Source of the DNA: a virus
Reading direction: 5' to 3' (one strand)
IMG/VR virus record: IMGVR_UViG_3300047319_000532
Length of the DNA: 64,000 nucleotides
Position 1 is the stretch's first letter; every line of letters begins with the position of its first letter. The notes below the pieces were generated by a model. That model was not told the DNA's origin. It searched no databases and saw nothing but the letters and a program-made list of their open reading frames with translations. Positions 52,701 through 60,811 of the stretch are shown here, in pieces. Position numbers and translations under genes: made by a program.

Positions 52701-53551
52701 CCGGGCTGGATCCTCGAGTCGCCAATAGGGCGCTCAATCAGGAAGACATTGGCGGCAACCCCGATCAGCCCGGCGCAAAGCTTCCCAATCGCGTGCCGAC
52801 CCCAATGCCTCCGGGGCCAGTGCGCGCTGATGTCAATGAGCCCCCGCGGCCACTGCCGCCGCCCGACGCCGGGCTTGTGAAGAAAGCTGCGCCTGCGCCT
52901 GTGACGCCGCCGGTGCGTCCGGCAGCGGCTGGGCTCAACCCTTCTGCGCCGCTGCAGCCGCATATCGTGCACACGGTCCCGGTGGCTCCGCAGCCCGCAA
53001 GGCAGATCCCCGGAGCGATGCAGCCTTCGTATGGGGCCAACGCCTACGCGCCGACGCCTCGGATTGCGCCCGCGCAGCAGGCGATCGAGCAGGGAATCCC
53101 CGGCGCGCGTGGCCGCAACGTCAGCCCCAGCTCACCGGCGACGATCCACGACTATGGCGGTTGGCAGGCTCCGTCTGTCGGGCAGGTGTTCAACCGTGCG
53201 GCTGAAATTGCCCGTCAATACGGCATCGACCCGCATCTTTTCCAGCGCATGATTCAGCAGGAAAGCGGCGGTCTGATCGACAACATCGGCGACGGCAGGT
53301 CTTCATTTGGGGTGATCCAAGCGCACTTTGGCGGCATCAATCCGAAGATGCCTCATGCGGGCATGGGTGATGACATGCGGCGCGCTGGCATCGATGTCTT
53401 CGATCCGAGCACATGGGAGAAGCAGCTGGCCTTTGCGGCCAATCACATCCGCAACAGCGGCTGGTCGGCGTGGACGACCACCATGCGCAAACTGGGATAT
53501 AATTATGCTTCAGGCGGTCTCGTGCCGCCGCGCAGAGATGAAGAGGCTTGA
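49763..53551 (+). CDS. internal/ejection protein with Gln-rich N-terminus, internal S74 chaperone domain and C-terminal lytic transglycosylase
   Basis: ATG 49763 inside track ORF 49634..53551, 1262 aa. FFSDRRLKENVKRIG...RLGFMADEVEKKHPEAVG...TVDY (about nt 50594-50800). SLT-type AEIARQYGIDPHLFQRMIQQESGG near the C-terminus. Confidence 0.8.
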   Translation: MGGKSQTSSQQVTIPPEVLARYNAVNANAQQVSQTPFQQYSSDPNAFVAPLTAAQNQGLQATSDYANAAQPGVQSAMGMTQGAMGAANPSDLNADAINKYMNPYTQNVTNQMTQLMNQQNQVAQSGQMGNAIKSGAFGGDRSGLAAMNLAGQQSLAYGNAMAPVLQQGYNTALSTAQQQQGVDLQAQQANLQRQMAGASQYGQLAGMGQQYGLAGAQALMGAGQVQQQTQQAGNTALYNQFLQQQSYPFQTAQFLANIAEGTGALSGQTTTSTQPSSFFSDRRLKENVKRIGTAKNGLPIHSFNYKDDPDKLTRLGFMADEVEKKHPEAVGLAGGYKTVDYGRAARASGGGTVTDFDHGRGFDLGGGIGSMYDPSWSGIDTKEANVLGHAGSAAAPGLDPYTAANRHVPKQSTAAPTHRMLTPGTMPQQQKSGLQQAAGLVQSGLGMYKDVKGMAGDAKSAYHDATGGGGEAPAAGHAAPAAGGSGDNPFSVKSAEPAAPAAPAAAAPAAPVHEGALETAAPETKVTELLPQDVPDVSGLAGAIPDVGFGARGGRIGRDMGGGLAASMPPPMMPETSQASMMQNEAKMRQSTPPTWNGPFAHGGLADGGQPAPVVTGAPTHGPDVVSPTADYLKGLGEAQEAQQRANDVQEKQHAVQQANPFMYSPDLSPFGQMMNARGLMQASQAQGQEGMYSPSYNGKPLGFVRGGLAGGGEGGGDVPYQDTGGLDIPDDKSWQQDKSEQKSMEPAPQKSGDSGGGGGAMGALGSIAGVIGKIAPLFMLAKGGGVQDGDEIPMGAVQREDDDDLPLLEREGGLLPKENAPLPPERPAGLGHALPDHFAEPDRFAPAGEHSRSMAPEGFTPNGPDNPLPEPFDRAKRFTLEDTHSRDMAPEGFTPNKPDNPLPEPFAAGLAGDRTAMADALRGDNSVAAMAPDNFTPGRPPSPLDRSELEGSPFAGYEKGLGADPLKADLQQNPPRVMPGLDPRVANRALNQEDIGGNPDQPGAKLPNRVPTPMPPGPVRADVNEPPRPLPPPDAGLVKKAAPAPVTPPVRPAAAGLNPSAPLQPHIVHTVPVAPQPARQIPGAMQPSYGANAYAPTPRIAPAQQAIEQGIPGARGRNVSPSSPATIHDYGGWQAPSVGQVFNRAAEIARQYGIDPHLFQRMIQQESGGLIDNIGDGRSSFGVIQAHFGGINPKMPHAGMGDDMRRAGIDVFDPSTWEKQLAFAANHIRNSGWSAWTTTMRKLGYNYASGGLVPPRRDEEA

Positions 53552-53553
53552 CG

Positions 53554-55188
53554 ATGGCCGATCTACCTAGCGACGTTGCCTTTGCGCAGCCGGATCCTGC
53601 GGTGCTTGCGGCGAACAAGCTTACGGAGCCGCCGCCTGATGCAGCTATCCCTAACGCCCGTCGCACGGCGCAGGAAGTTCTTGCACCTACGCCTGCTTCT
53701 GTTCCAAGGGGCGGCGGGGCGGCTTCTGCTCGCTACAGCGACAATTATGGCGGCGGCAAAGGGCCTGATGCTGCGGTCAATCAAAGCTTGAAAATTGCCA
53801 ATGCTGCAACTGAAGAAGGCCCCAACTGGATGGACAAGCATCGGAGCATGGTCATTCCGATCTTGACCGGGCTTGGCGCAATGGCCTCGTCCGACAGTCG
53901 CTATCTAGGCTCGGCGATGCTGCAGGGGCTGGGCGCTGGCGCGCAGGCTTATGGCAAGGAGCGTGACGAGGAAATTGCGCAGGCGCACGGCGCTACCAAC
54001 ATCGGAAAGACGGGTGCGGAAATCGGAAGAGAGCAGCAGGGCACTAAAGAAAGCGCAGCCCGCACGGCAGGTGAGGTTGCGGCCAACTGGCAGCGCGGCA
54101 CCATCACGCAGAACTGGGCTGGCACGCCGTTCAGCAGCCACATCTGGGACACGCCGCAAGGGCCGCGTGTTGTGAAAGACGTGGAGGCGGATGAATTTCA
54201 AAAAGCGTATCCCGGGGCTGCTTGGCGTGACCCTAATACGCTTGGCGGCGTCACTCCAGTTCCTTGGGAATCGCCAACCAAAAGAGGCGCAGTAACTCCT
54301 GTTGCTAAACCGGATGAGGGTGGAGGCGGCGCTCCGGTCACTGGCGGTGGCGCGCATGTCGTTGATACTGGGGAACGCAAGGTGTCAGATTTGATGCCGG
54401 GCGTGGTGTACCCGGACAAGGCGCTGGACACAGATAAGTCGGAGCGTGCGCTGGCTTTGGAAAACAAAAGCACGGCTGGGGCCGCCATGGCCAAGAAAAA
54501 TGAAGTGGCTGCTCTTGCCAATACAGCCAGAGAGACAGACAGCCGTCTTCATTCGTATGCTTCGCATGTTGCTGACGCCAATGCTCAAGGCGTGGGTGGT
54601 CCGCAGGCCGGTAATATCGCAAATGCTTATGCGCTATACATGCAGCTGTTGAAGCAGGCTGGCTATAAAGACCCTATACCAGCATTTACTGACGCCAATG
54701 CTGCGCAGCAATTCATGGCCAAGAACCAAGATTTTTTGGCCGCTCAGACTTCAGATGCTTTTGGGCAGCACTCAAACGCTGCACGGCAAGCTTTGGCCAT
54801 GAGCCTGCCCAATATCGACATGCAGCCTGAAGTGCGCTCTGCTATGATGGCGCAGCTGCTGGTCGATCAGCAGCGCGTCAAGGAGCTGGATTCGGCTTAC
54901 AAATATTCGTCCACCAAAGCAGGAGGGCCGCAGCGTTCATTTGAAAATGTTCCCACCAATTATGACAACGCCAATAAAGGTCGCCTTAATGCTGCTAAGC
55001 AGCAGCTAACTTCTTTGATGATGCATCCGAGTGACTTCATGAAGCGGGCGTTCAATGGCGAGTTTACGGAAGCAGAAATTGAGCGTCGCCTAGCCGGTAA
55101 TGGCGACCCGAGAAAGGCCATGCCGGGTTATGATCCCAGCATGCACATCAGCAGTTTCTTCCCGCATAAAGCGCCGCCCAGACAGTGA
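53554..55188 (+). CDS. internal virion protein candidate
   Basis: ATG 53554 (track TTG 53548), 544 aa. Confidence 0.65.
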   Translation: MADLPSDVAFAQPDPAVLAANKLTEPPPDAAIPNARRTAQEVLAPTPASVPRGGGAASARYSDNYGGGKGPDAAVNQSLKIANAATEEGPNWMDKHRSMVIPILTGLGAMASSDSRYLGSAMLQGLGAGAQAYGKERDEEIAQAHGATNIGKTGAEIGREQQGTKESAARTAGEVAANWQRGTITQNWAGTPFSSHIWDTPQGPRVVKDVEADEFQKAYPGAAWRDPNTLGGVTPVPWESPTKRGAVTPVAKPDEGGGGAPVTGGGAHVVDTGERKVSDLMPGVVYPDKALDTDKSERALALENKSTAGAAMAKKNEVAALANTARETDSRLHSYASHVADANAQGVGGPQAGNIANAYALYMQLLKQAGYKDPIPAFTDANAAQQFMAKNQDFLAAQTSDAFGQHSNAARQALAMSLPNIDMQPEVRSAMMAQLLVDQQRVKELDSAYKYSSTKAGGPQRSFENVPTNYDNANKGRLNAAKQQLTSLMMHPSDFMKRAFNGEFTEAEIERRLAGNGDPRKAMPGYDPSMHISSFFPHKAPPRQ

Positions 55189-55206
55189 AAGCCGGAGTGA
55201 ACAGCC

Positions 55207-57414
55207 ATGGCTGAAGACTATGATTTTTCTGGCGTGGGGGCGAAGCCGCCAGCAGCACGAGAAGCTCCGGTTCAGTCTGACCAAGGCGGAGACGCAGGCT
55301 ATGATTTTTCTTCTCTTGGCTTGCCCGGGAAAAGCGAGCCCAGAGACGATCGACCAGTCACGAGTGACTCTTTTCAACCAGTTTTTCCAGTGCGTCCCAA
55401 CGAGCCGTGGAGCGAGGTGTTGGCCAAAGCACCGGCTAACATTCCCGGCGCTGCTGCAAGGACGGCGGTTGGCGCTTATCGTGGCGCTGAGAATACGCTC
55501 AATTCGCTGAATCCGGTTGGCAATATGATTTCCATGGCCTCCGGCGACAAAGAAGCGGCAAAAGAGGGGGCAAAGCATCTCACCGACAACCCTTTGGTGT
55601 CCGGCGCGCTTGCTGCAACTCGCGCATATCAGAACCCCGGCAGTGTCGTCGAGAGCGCGAAAGAGGCAGGTAAAAACTTTTACAACAAATGGCTGACCAG
55701 CGAGGGCTGGAAAAAGAACATCGGCGAGGACATTCCGGGGACCGCGTTGGACATTGCGTCTGTTGCAGATCCAGCTTTGCGCGGCACGCGCATGCTCACA
55801 GCAGTGCGTGGGGCTGACCTAGCCAATGACGCACGGCTGGCCTCTACGCTGTCTCGCACCGGCCTTGGCATCTCACCAGCGGATCTTACGCCAGCTCAAC
55901 TTACGGCCCTTGCTGAAAACATCAACACCAAAGGCATGACGCCTGCAACCGTGCGTGAATCGATAATGCAGTCGTCTACTGGAGTGGCCCCGCCGCGTGG
56001 CGCGGCTACGGGATATGCGCCAGTGGCTGGCGCAGAGTCTGCAGCGAGCGCCCGGTCAGGAGCTGGAGCTGCTGCAGCGACTGAGCGGATCCAAGGCATG
56101 GGCGGCACGCCGTCGGCACCTGTCGATCTTGGGCAGGCGTGGCATGATGCGCGACAAGCCCATAAAGGAGACACCAAGGCAGCTTATGACGCTTGGAGGC
56201 AGAATCCGGGTGAATTTTCTCCCGAAGCTGCTCCTTACCTCAGTCAATGGGTGCAGAGTAGCGCAGCTGGAGCTGATCGAGCTTTCTTCAATCCAGACTA
56301 TGCACGTGGCGCAGACAAGTGGGGCCCGACGCAAGCGGCGCTAGACAGGTTTCATGCAGGGCTGACCAATACGCCAACTGGTGTTCTTGATCTGTCACAC
56401 ATCGATGAGCTACGTCAAAACCTTCGTGCGGCGACTAAGAGCGGGATGGGTGTGCCCGGCGCTGATTCACGTGTCATTGAAAAAGCTATCAATGGGCTGG
56501 ATCAAGGTGTTTCGCATGCTGTTGCTCACCCTCCTTTTTTCAGCAACAGCGCCAATGGTCCGGCGATCAACAAGCAATTACTAGACGCCCGGGCGGCTCA
56601 CGCCAAAGAGCGAACTTTGTTTGGCGATGACGCTCCGACAGCAGTCACGGGGGCTCATGGGGCTCTTGACGCCAGCAATGGTCCTGATTTGCATCTGGCT
56701 GGGGCAAAACTGGAAGACGCCCTGCTCAACAAAAAGACAGGCCCGGGACTATACAGTCATATGTCATCTGCTGGTCTCGGCAGCACGGTGGACGACTACC
56801 TGCGCAATCGGCTTTTGAGCGGCGACTCAGCTAAAATCGATCAAGTCATGTCTTCGCCTGTCGGCAAACAGGTTTTCTCCAACCCTGCGGACCGTGCGCA
56901 GATCAACACACTGAACGCCAGCCGAAAAGCGTTTGAGGCGCAACACGGGACGCCTGAACCTGTTTCAGTGGGCTCGAGGGTCGCAAGCGTCGCCAAACCT
57001 CTTGCAGCTGCAGGAGCTATGGGAGCGGCGTCACATTTTCTTGGCCACAATCCGATAACTGCGCTTGGCATTGGCGCAGCCAGCGGCATCGGCGAAAAGC
57101 TTGGCGAGCATTTCTTTGGCAATCCGGCGAGAAAAGAGTTGGCTGGCGCGCCTGCCTCTTTTGGCAATCGCGCGGCAAACGTCGCACAGCCTACGCTTGA
57201 CATGATGACCGGAGCCAACGCGGCCCGGCTCAACGAACCAGACTTGCCCGGACACGCTCGAGGCGGCAGAGTAGGCCATCAGCATCTGGTCGATCGCCTG
57301 TTCACGCACATCGAGAAAGCAAAAAAGGCGGAGAAGAGCCGCACGTCGGTCCTCCTCCACCAGCCTGATGAACACATCGCCAAGGCGCTCAACGTCGCGC
57401 AGGCGGCGATCTAA
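55207..57414 (+). CDS. internal virion protein candidate
   Basis: 735 aa. HARGGRVGH motif near the C-terminus. Last rightward gene of the virion operon. Confidence 0.65.
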   Translation: MAEDYDFSGVGAKPPAAREAPVQSDQGGDAGYDFSSLGLPGKSEPRDDRPVTSDSFQPVFPVRPNEPWSEVLAKAPANIPGAAARTAVGAYRGAENTLNSLNPVGNMISMASGDKEAAKEGAKHLTDNPLVSGALAATRAYQNPGSVVESAKEAGKNFYNKWLTSEGWKKNIGEDIPGTALDIASVADPALRGTRMLTAVRGADLANDARLASTLSRTGLGISPADLTPAQLTALAENINTKGMTPATVRESIMQSSTGVAPPRGAATGYAPVAGAESAASARSGAGAAAATERIQGMGGTPSAPVDLGQAWHDARQAHKGDTKAAYDAWRQNPGEFSPEAAPYLSQWVQSSAAGADRAFFNPDYARGADKWGPTQAALDRFHAGLTNTPTGVLDLSHIDELRQNLRAATKSGMGVPGADSRVIEKAINGLDQGVSHAVAHPPFFSNSANGPAINKQLLDARAAHAKERTLFGDDAPTAVTGAHGALDASNGPDLHLAGAKLEDALLNKKTGPGLYSHMSSAGLGSTVDDYLRNRLLSGDSAKIDQVMSSPVGKQVFSNPADRAQINTLNASRKAFEAQHGTPEPVSVGSRVASVAKPLAAAGAMGAASHFLGHNPITALGIGAASGIGEKLGEHFFGNPARKELAGAPASFGNRAANVAQPTLDMMTGANAARLNEPDLPGHARGGRVGHQHLVDRLFTHIEKAKKAEKSRTSVLLHQPDEHIAKALNVAQAAI

Positions 57415-57496
57415 AAATAAGGAGCAGGGTGGCCCCGATCAGGAGCCAAGGGGCTGCAGTGAACATGAGCCACAGCAGGCTGAAGAGCAGCTCCAT
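57389..57496 (-). CDS. tiny membrane peptide (35 aa), tentative
   Basis: Hand-read MELLFSLLWLMFTAAPWLLIGATLLLIFRSPPARR. TAAgATG coupling to the upstream tiny ORF. Its 3' end overlaps the convergent 55207 gene. Confidence 0.3.
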   Translation of the reverse strand: MELLFSLLWLMFTAAPWLLIGATLLLIFRSPPARR

Positions 57497-57497
57497 C

Positions 57498-57569
57498 TTA
57501 GCCACACCTGCTGAATAGAAAGCCCATAAAAAGGCCGAAGAGGATACTTCCGATAAGCATGCCACACAT
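57498..57569 (-). CDS. tiny hydrophobic peptide (23 aa)
   Basis: Hand-read MCGMLIGSILFGLFMGFLFSRCG with RBS gaaggagaacaaaATG. Confidence 0.4.
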   Translation of the reverse strand: MCGMLIGSILFGLFMGFLFSRCG

Positions 57570-57580
57570 TTTGTTCTCCT

Positions 57581-57769
57581 TCAGACCATAACGAGGCCGA
57601 TGTGCTCGCCAGTCTCACGTTTCATGATTTCGATGCGCCAGCAGCCGTTGATCCGCTTGCTGGACCGGATCGGCTTGTGAGCGCGGTCCGGGTGTCTGCC
57701 GTCGAGAATTTCAGCAATGCGCTTGGCGTCCTCGAGGCGGATGATCTTGTAGGGGACCGGGCCCGGCAT
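57581..57769 (-). CDS. hypothetical protein
   Basis: 62 aa, TGATG coupling to the upstream gene. Confidence 0.55.
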   Translation of the reverse strand: MPGPVPYKIIRLEDAKRIAEILDGRHPDRAHKPIRSSKRINGCWRIEIMKRETGEHIGLVMV

Positions 57770-58026
57770 CAGCGGATCTTGGTCTGCAGATTGAAAGCCC
57801 GGTCATTGGCCTTGATGTATTTGCGCAGCTTGCGGTCTGCTTTTTCTTGGGCGATGCGCCAGTTGATGCGAGCCTCGTCCAGCTCAGTGAACCGAATTTC
57901 GGTAGGCGGAACGCCACTCTCTATACATTTCGCGATGACGTCTTTTGCAAGCTGTTCAGTTGGTTCGGTCGCCGCCACGACCCAGTATTTTTTGCCCTTG
58001 GGCTTCACATCAATCAAAAACGGCAT
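57769..58026 (-). CDS. hypothetical protein
   Basis: 85 aa, RBS ggaaggagaacgatATG, directly downstream of the class I promoter. Confidence 0.6.
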   Translation of the reverse strand: MPFLIDVKPKGKKYWVVAATEPTEQLAKDVIAKCIESGVPPTEIRFTELDEARINWRIAQEKADRKLRKYIKANDRAFNLQTKIR

Positions 58027-58041
58027 ATCGTTCTCCTTCCG

Positions 58042-58078
58042 ATGTCCATAAGCTACGACAGCCGTATTCGCCTGTCAA
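58042..58078 (-). promoter_or_regulatory. sigma70-like promoter, conserved class I element (third copy, leftward)
   Basis: Minus strand TTGACAGGCGAATACGGCTGTCGTAGCTTATGGACAT: TTGACA(58078-58073)-17 bp-TAGCTT(58055-58050). Confidence 0.6.
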
Positions 58079-58113
58079 CTATCTTCTAAGGGGGCGCTGC
58101 GGAGGGCCCGGCC

Positions 58114-59121
58114 ATGGTCAACAGCTTCACCTACACCACGAACAAAAACATCATAAAGCCAGCGTTCAACAACACTGGCTGGGATGTGCCCCTCAATCAG
58201 AATTTTGACATGATCGATGCTGCGCTTGGTGCGACGCAGGCTATGAATCTCCAAGGAAACCTTCTTACCGATATTCTTCTCACAAAGACGTGGCCACTAG
58301 ATCCGGGCGGGGTTCTTGCTAACGCGAGTTGCATCCCCATGAGATTGGCGCTGACTGGCGCAGTGACTCAGAACACGTACATCCACGTCCCAGCAGCGAC
58401 CAATGGCCTTTGGGTTGTGTCAAATAACACTACATCAGCAAGTGGCTTTAACGTATTTTTTGGCGGATCTGCGACCCAGATATTGGTTTCGAGAAACCAG
58501 TCTACGCTAATATGGTGTGACGGCGGCGGGGCGCTTCTGCTTGGCTCTTCTGGCATCACTTCCGCAACTTTTGCAGTCGGAGACTACAAGCACTCCGCGG
58601 CTCCAGCTGCACAAAGTGGGTGGCTTCTGTGCAACGGTCAGGCAGTTCCTCGCACAACGTACAGCGCATTGTTTGCGGCCATCGGCGGCTATTACGGCGT
58701 TGGCGACGGCTCGACCACTTTCAACGTCCCGAATCTGATTGGTCGCGTGCTGTCTCATGCTGACCAGAATCAAGGCGTCACGCCGGGCGTTAATTTCGCT
58801 CAAGCTGGCGGTGTTTCAGCTGTCACTTTGGACATCAGCCAGATCCCTTACCATGACCATGGCGGCGGCAACCATCTTCATGGCGCATATCAAGCCGCCC
58901 ACCAGCATGGCATCGGAGGAATCCTCTCCAACCAAAACCAAGCGCCGGGGGCTCAGTACGGTCCCAGCTGGCAGTTCCAGACTGTTTACTCTGACTGGCA
59001 GCAGCCAGCTGTCACTATCGGCTACAGCGGCAACACCATAGGCGGTCAAGGCAGCAACGGCGGCCACACCAACGTGCAGCCGTCGCTTGGCTGTTACATT
59101 TTCATCTACGCAGGCGTGTGA
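58114..59121 (+). CDS. tail fibre/receptor-binding protein with phage Tail Collar domain
   Basis: 335 aa. SGWLLCNGQAVPRTTYSALFAAIGGYYGVGDGSTTFNVPNLIGR is the Tail Collar signature. His/Gly-rich C-terminus. Confidence 0.8.
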   Translation: MVNSFTYTTNKNIIKPAFNNTGWDVPLNQNFDMIDAALGATQAMNLQGNLLTDILLTKTWPLDPGGVLANASCIPMRLALTGAVTQNTYIHVPAATNGLWVVSNNTTSASGFNVFFGGSATQILVSRNQSTLIWCDGGGALLLGSSGITSATFAVGDYKHSAAPAAQSGWLLCNGQAVPRTTYSALFAAIGGYYGVGDGSTTFNVPNLIGRVLSHADQNQGVTPGVNFAQAGGVSAVTLDISQIPYHDHGGGNHLHGAYQAAHQHGIGGILSNQNQAPGAQYGPSWQFQTVYSDWQQPAVTIGYSGNTIGGQGSNGGHTNVQPSLGCYIFIYAGV

Positions 59122-59542
59122 ACGGGGCGGCGTAGGCGATCGAGCTGTGATGCTCGCAGTAGGGCGGATCATATGTGGTCACGCCGCAATAGCGCATACT
59201 GAGCTTGACGCCCTCGATCGGCCACCGGCATGACGTGTTTTTCAGCTCATAGATCCCCAAGCCTTCCGGCGGCGGCGGAGGCGGCTCTGGCGCTTTTGGC
59301 ACCTTCGGCGGTCTCGGCGGCCTCGGCGGCGGGCGCTTGAACGTCAGGGGCCGGTGGCCGCGAGTGATCGCCACCCTGCCCCGCAGACGATGGACAACCC
59401 CCGAGACTGCGCTGCGCGTCATGCCAAGCTCGCCAGCAATGATGCCAGTGCTTTTGCCCTCGTTCCACAGCTCGATGACTTTCAGGCTTCTCTCGGGGAT
59501 TGGCTCGGGTTCGAGCGTCAATAGGACAGCGTACCGGCCCAA
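59102..59542 (-). CDS. gcrA: GcrA-family cell-cycle regulator homologue
   Basis: N-terminal VIELWNEGKSTGIIAGELGMTRSAVSGVVHRL, Pro-rich linker, C-terminal CRWPIEG...YCGVTTYDPPYCEHHSSIAY. This is the same architecture as alphaproteobacterial GcrA. Confidence 0.8.
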   Translation of the reverse strand: MGRYAVLLTLEPEPIPERSLKVIELWNEGKSTGIIAGELGMTRSAVSGVVHRLRGRVAITRGHRPLTFKRPPPRPPRPPKVPKAPEPPPPPPEGLGIYELKNTSCRWPIEGVKLSMRYCGVTTYDPPYCEHHSSIAYAAPFTRLRR

Positions 59543-59904
59543 GGAGCCGCCTTCGAAAAGTGGTCGGTAGGCATCCGCGGCGCAGGATCGAACAGCAGCG
59601 AGTGATCAAACACCAGCGGCGCGACTACCTTGACCTTGGCCAGCTTGTATTCGGCAGGCTTCTGCGCAGTGATGGCGGGCTCGACGGGCTCGGGCATGGG
59701 CGCAGGCTCGACATAGCGCCGGTGGTGGCGACGGTGCCATACCTGCAGCCCGGGGGCCGCTGCATGGAACACAGGGGCCGCGTGGCGCACGTGGACGCCG
59801 CGGCTCATGCCATAGAGGCTGAGCTGCCCATGGTTGTGGTGCCGGGCCTGCGCCCCGCTCGAAATGAGGACTGTGGCGAAAACGACTAGAGTGATGCGGC
59901 GCAT
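59518..59904 (-). CDS. secreted His-rich protein
   Basis: 128 aa. Signal peptide MRRITLVVFATVLISSGAQA, then RHHNHG...HRRHHRR. RBS gaaggagaaatcATG. Confidence 0.6.
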   Translation of the reverse strand: MRRITLVVFATVLISSGAQARHHNHGQLSLYGMSRGVHVRHAAPVFHAAAPGLQVWHRRHHRRYVEPAPMPEPVEPAITAQKPAEYKLAKVKVVAPLVFDHSLLFDPAPRMPTDHFSKAAPWAGTLSY

Positions 59905-59914
59905 GATTTCTCCT

Positions 59915-59998
59915 TCATTGCGTGACTAGGATGATGATGGCGATCAGGATTACGATGGGGGCGACGATGAAGCCGCAGATGAAGCCGATCCAGAACAT
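59915..59998 (-). CDS. tiny membrane peptide (27 aa), tentative
   Basis: Hand-read MFWIGFICGFIVAPIVILIAIIILVTQ, RBS gagagg. It is the tail of track ORF 59915..60130 and overlaps the 3' end of 59950..60225. Confidence 0.35.
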   Translation of the reverse strand: MFWIGFICGFIVAPIVILIAIIILVTQ

Positions 59999-60225
59999 TT
60001 CAGGGCCTCTCGGACGTCGTGGGCAAACTGGTTGTTGATCTTGGCCAGTTCGATCATGGCGTGCCGACGGTTGTAGCAGAAACAATCGTTGCCGTGGTGT
60101 CGTCCGGCGTTGGTCGGGATTAGCATGCAATCGGAGCTGGCGCAGGGTGTGAGCTTACTGATGGCGGCGTCTCGAGCCCACAAGGCTACGGTGATCCAGT
60201 CAGTATGGTCAGGGGCCTGCGCCAT
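59950..60225 (-). CDS. hypothetical Cys-containing protein
   Basis: 91-aa track ORF. Confidence 0.5.
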   Translation of the reverse strand: MAQAPDHTDWITVALWARDAAISKLTPCASSDCMLIPTNAGRHHGNDCFCYNRRHAMIELAKINNQFAHDVREALKCSGSASSAASSSPPS

Positions 60226-60234
60226 CTTTGCCTC

Positions 60235-60741
60235 CTACGCACGGCGATCGGGGCGCACAAAGGCCACGACGCGGTTCATGGTATAGACGCGCCGGTTGAC
60301 GTTATGATTCTGGTTGCCGCCGAGCCCCACGATGCGGCCCATCTTGTCGAAGCCCGCAAAGATCGTGACGTGGTGCCTCATGACGACCAGATCACCCGGG
60401 ACCGGGTTGGTCACACGTTGCCCATCATAAAGCTTATCGATCGCCGCGAGCGAATCATTATGCTTATATCCGGCCTCCGACATAATCTTATTGGTGAAGG
60501 CGGCGCACCACTTTCCGTTGAAGCCGGTGACATTGCCGCGGCCTACGTAGTGTTCTGCGACCTCGAGGAGGCCGGTGCGGCCCATGACCATGCGTGGCGC
60601 GAACAGGGCTGCAAAAGCCTCGAAGGGATTTGAGAACGCAGACGCTGCTGGAGGGGCTGCGTGATGGCGATGAAGGTGGGGCCGGGCATACGCCTGCGAT
60701 GCCGCCATGATGATGGCGACAGCCAACAAAATTTTCTTCAC
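60235..60741 (-). CDS. secreted TIGR02594/CHAP-like peptidoglycan hydrolase
   Basis: GTG 60741 six nt after GGAG (track TTG 60753). Signal peptide VKKILLAVAIIMAASQAYA, then His-rich RPHLHRHH. NGKWCAAFTNKIM...PGDLVVMRHHVTIFAG...GLGGNQNHNV matches the TIGR02594 pattern. Confidence 0.75.
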   Translation of the reverse strand: MKKILLAVAIIMAASQAYARPHLHRHHAAPPAASAFSNPFEAFAALFAPRMVMGRTGLLEVAEHYVGRGNVTGFNGKWCAAFTNKIMSEAGYKHNDSLAAIDKLYDGQRVTNPVPGDLVVMRHHVTIFAGFDKMGRIVGLGGNQNHNVNRRVYTMNRVVAFVRPDRRA

Positions 60742-60811
60742 GATGCACTCCAAGGGATTTTATAGGGGAGGGGAAGGCCGCTGGGGAAGGCTCCCAGCGG
60801 CCCCGGTCAGG

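Noticed and set aside
58114-59121. Diversity-generating retroelement, as in BPP-1-like podophages, acting on the receptor-binding gene
   Set aside because: There is no reverse-transcriptase ORF in the window, and I found no template/variable repeat pair near either fibre gene.
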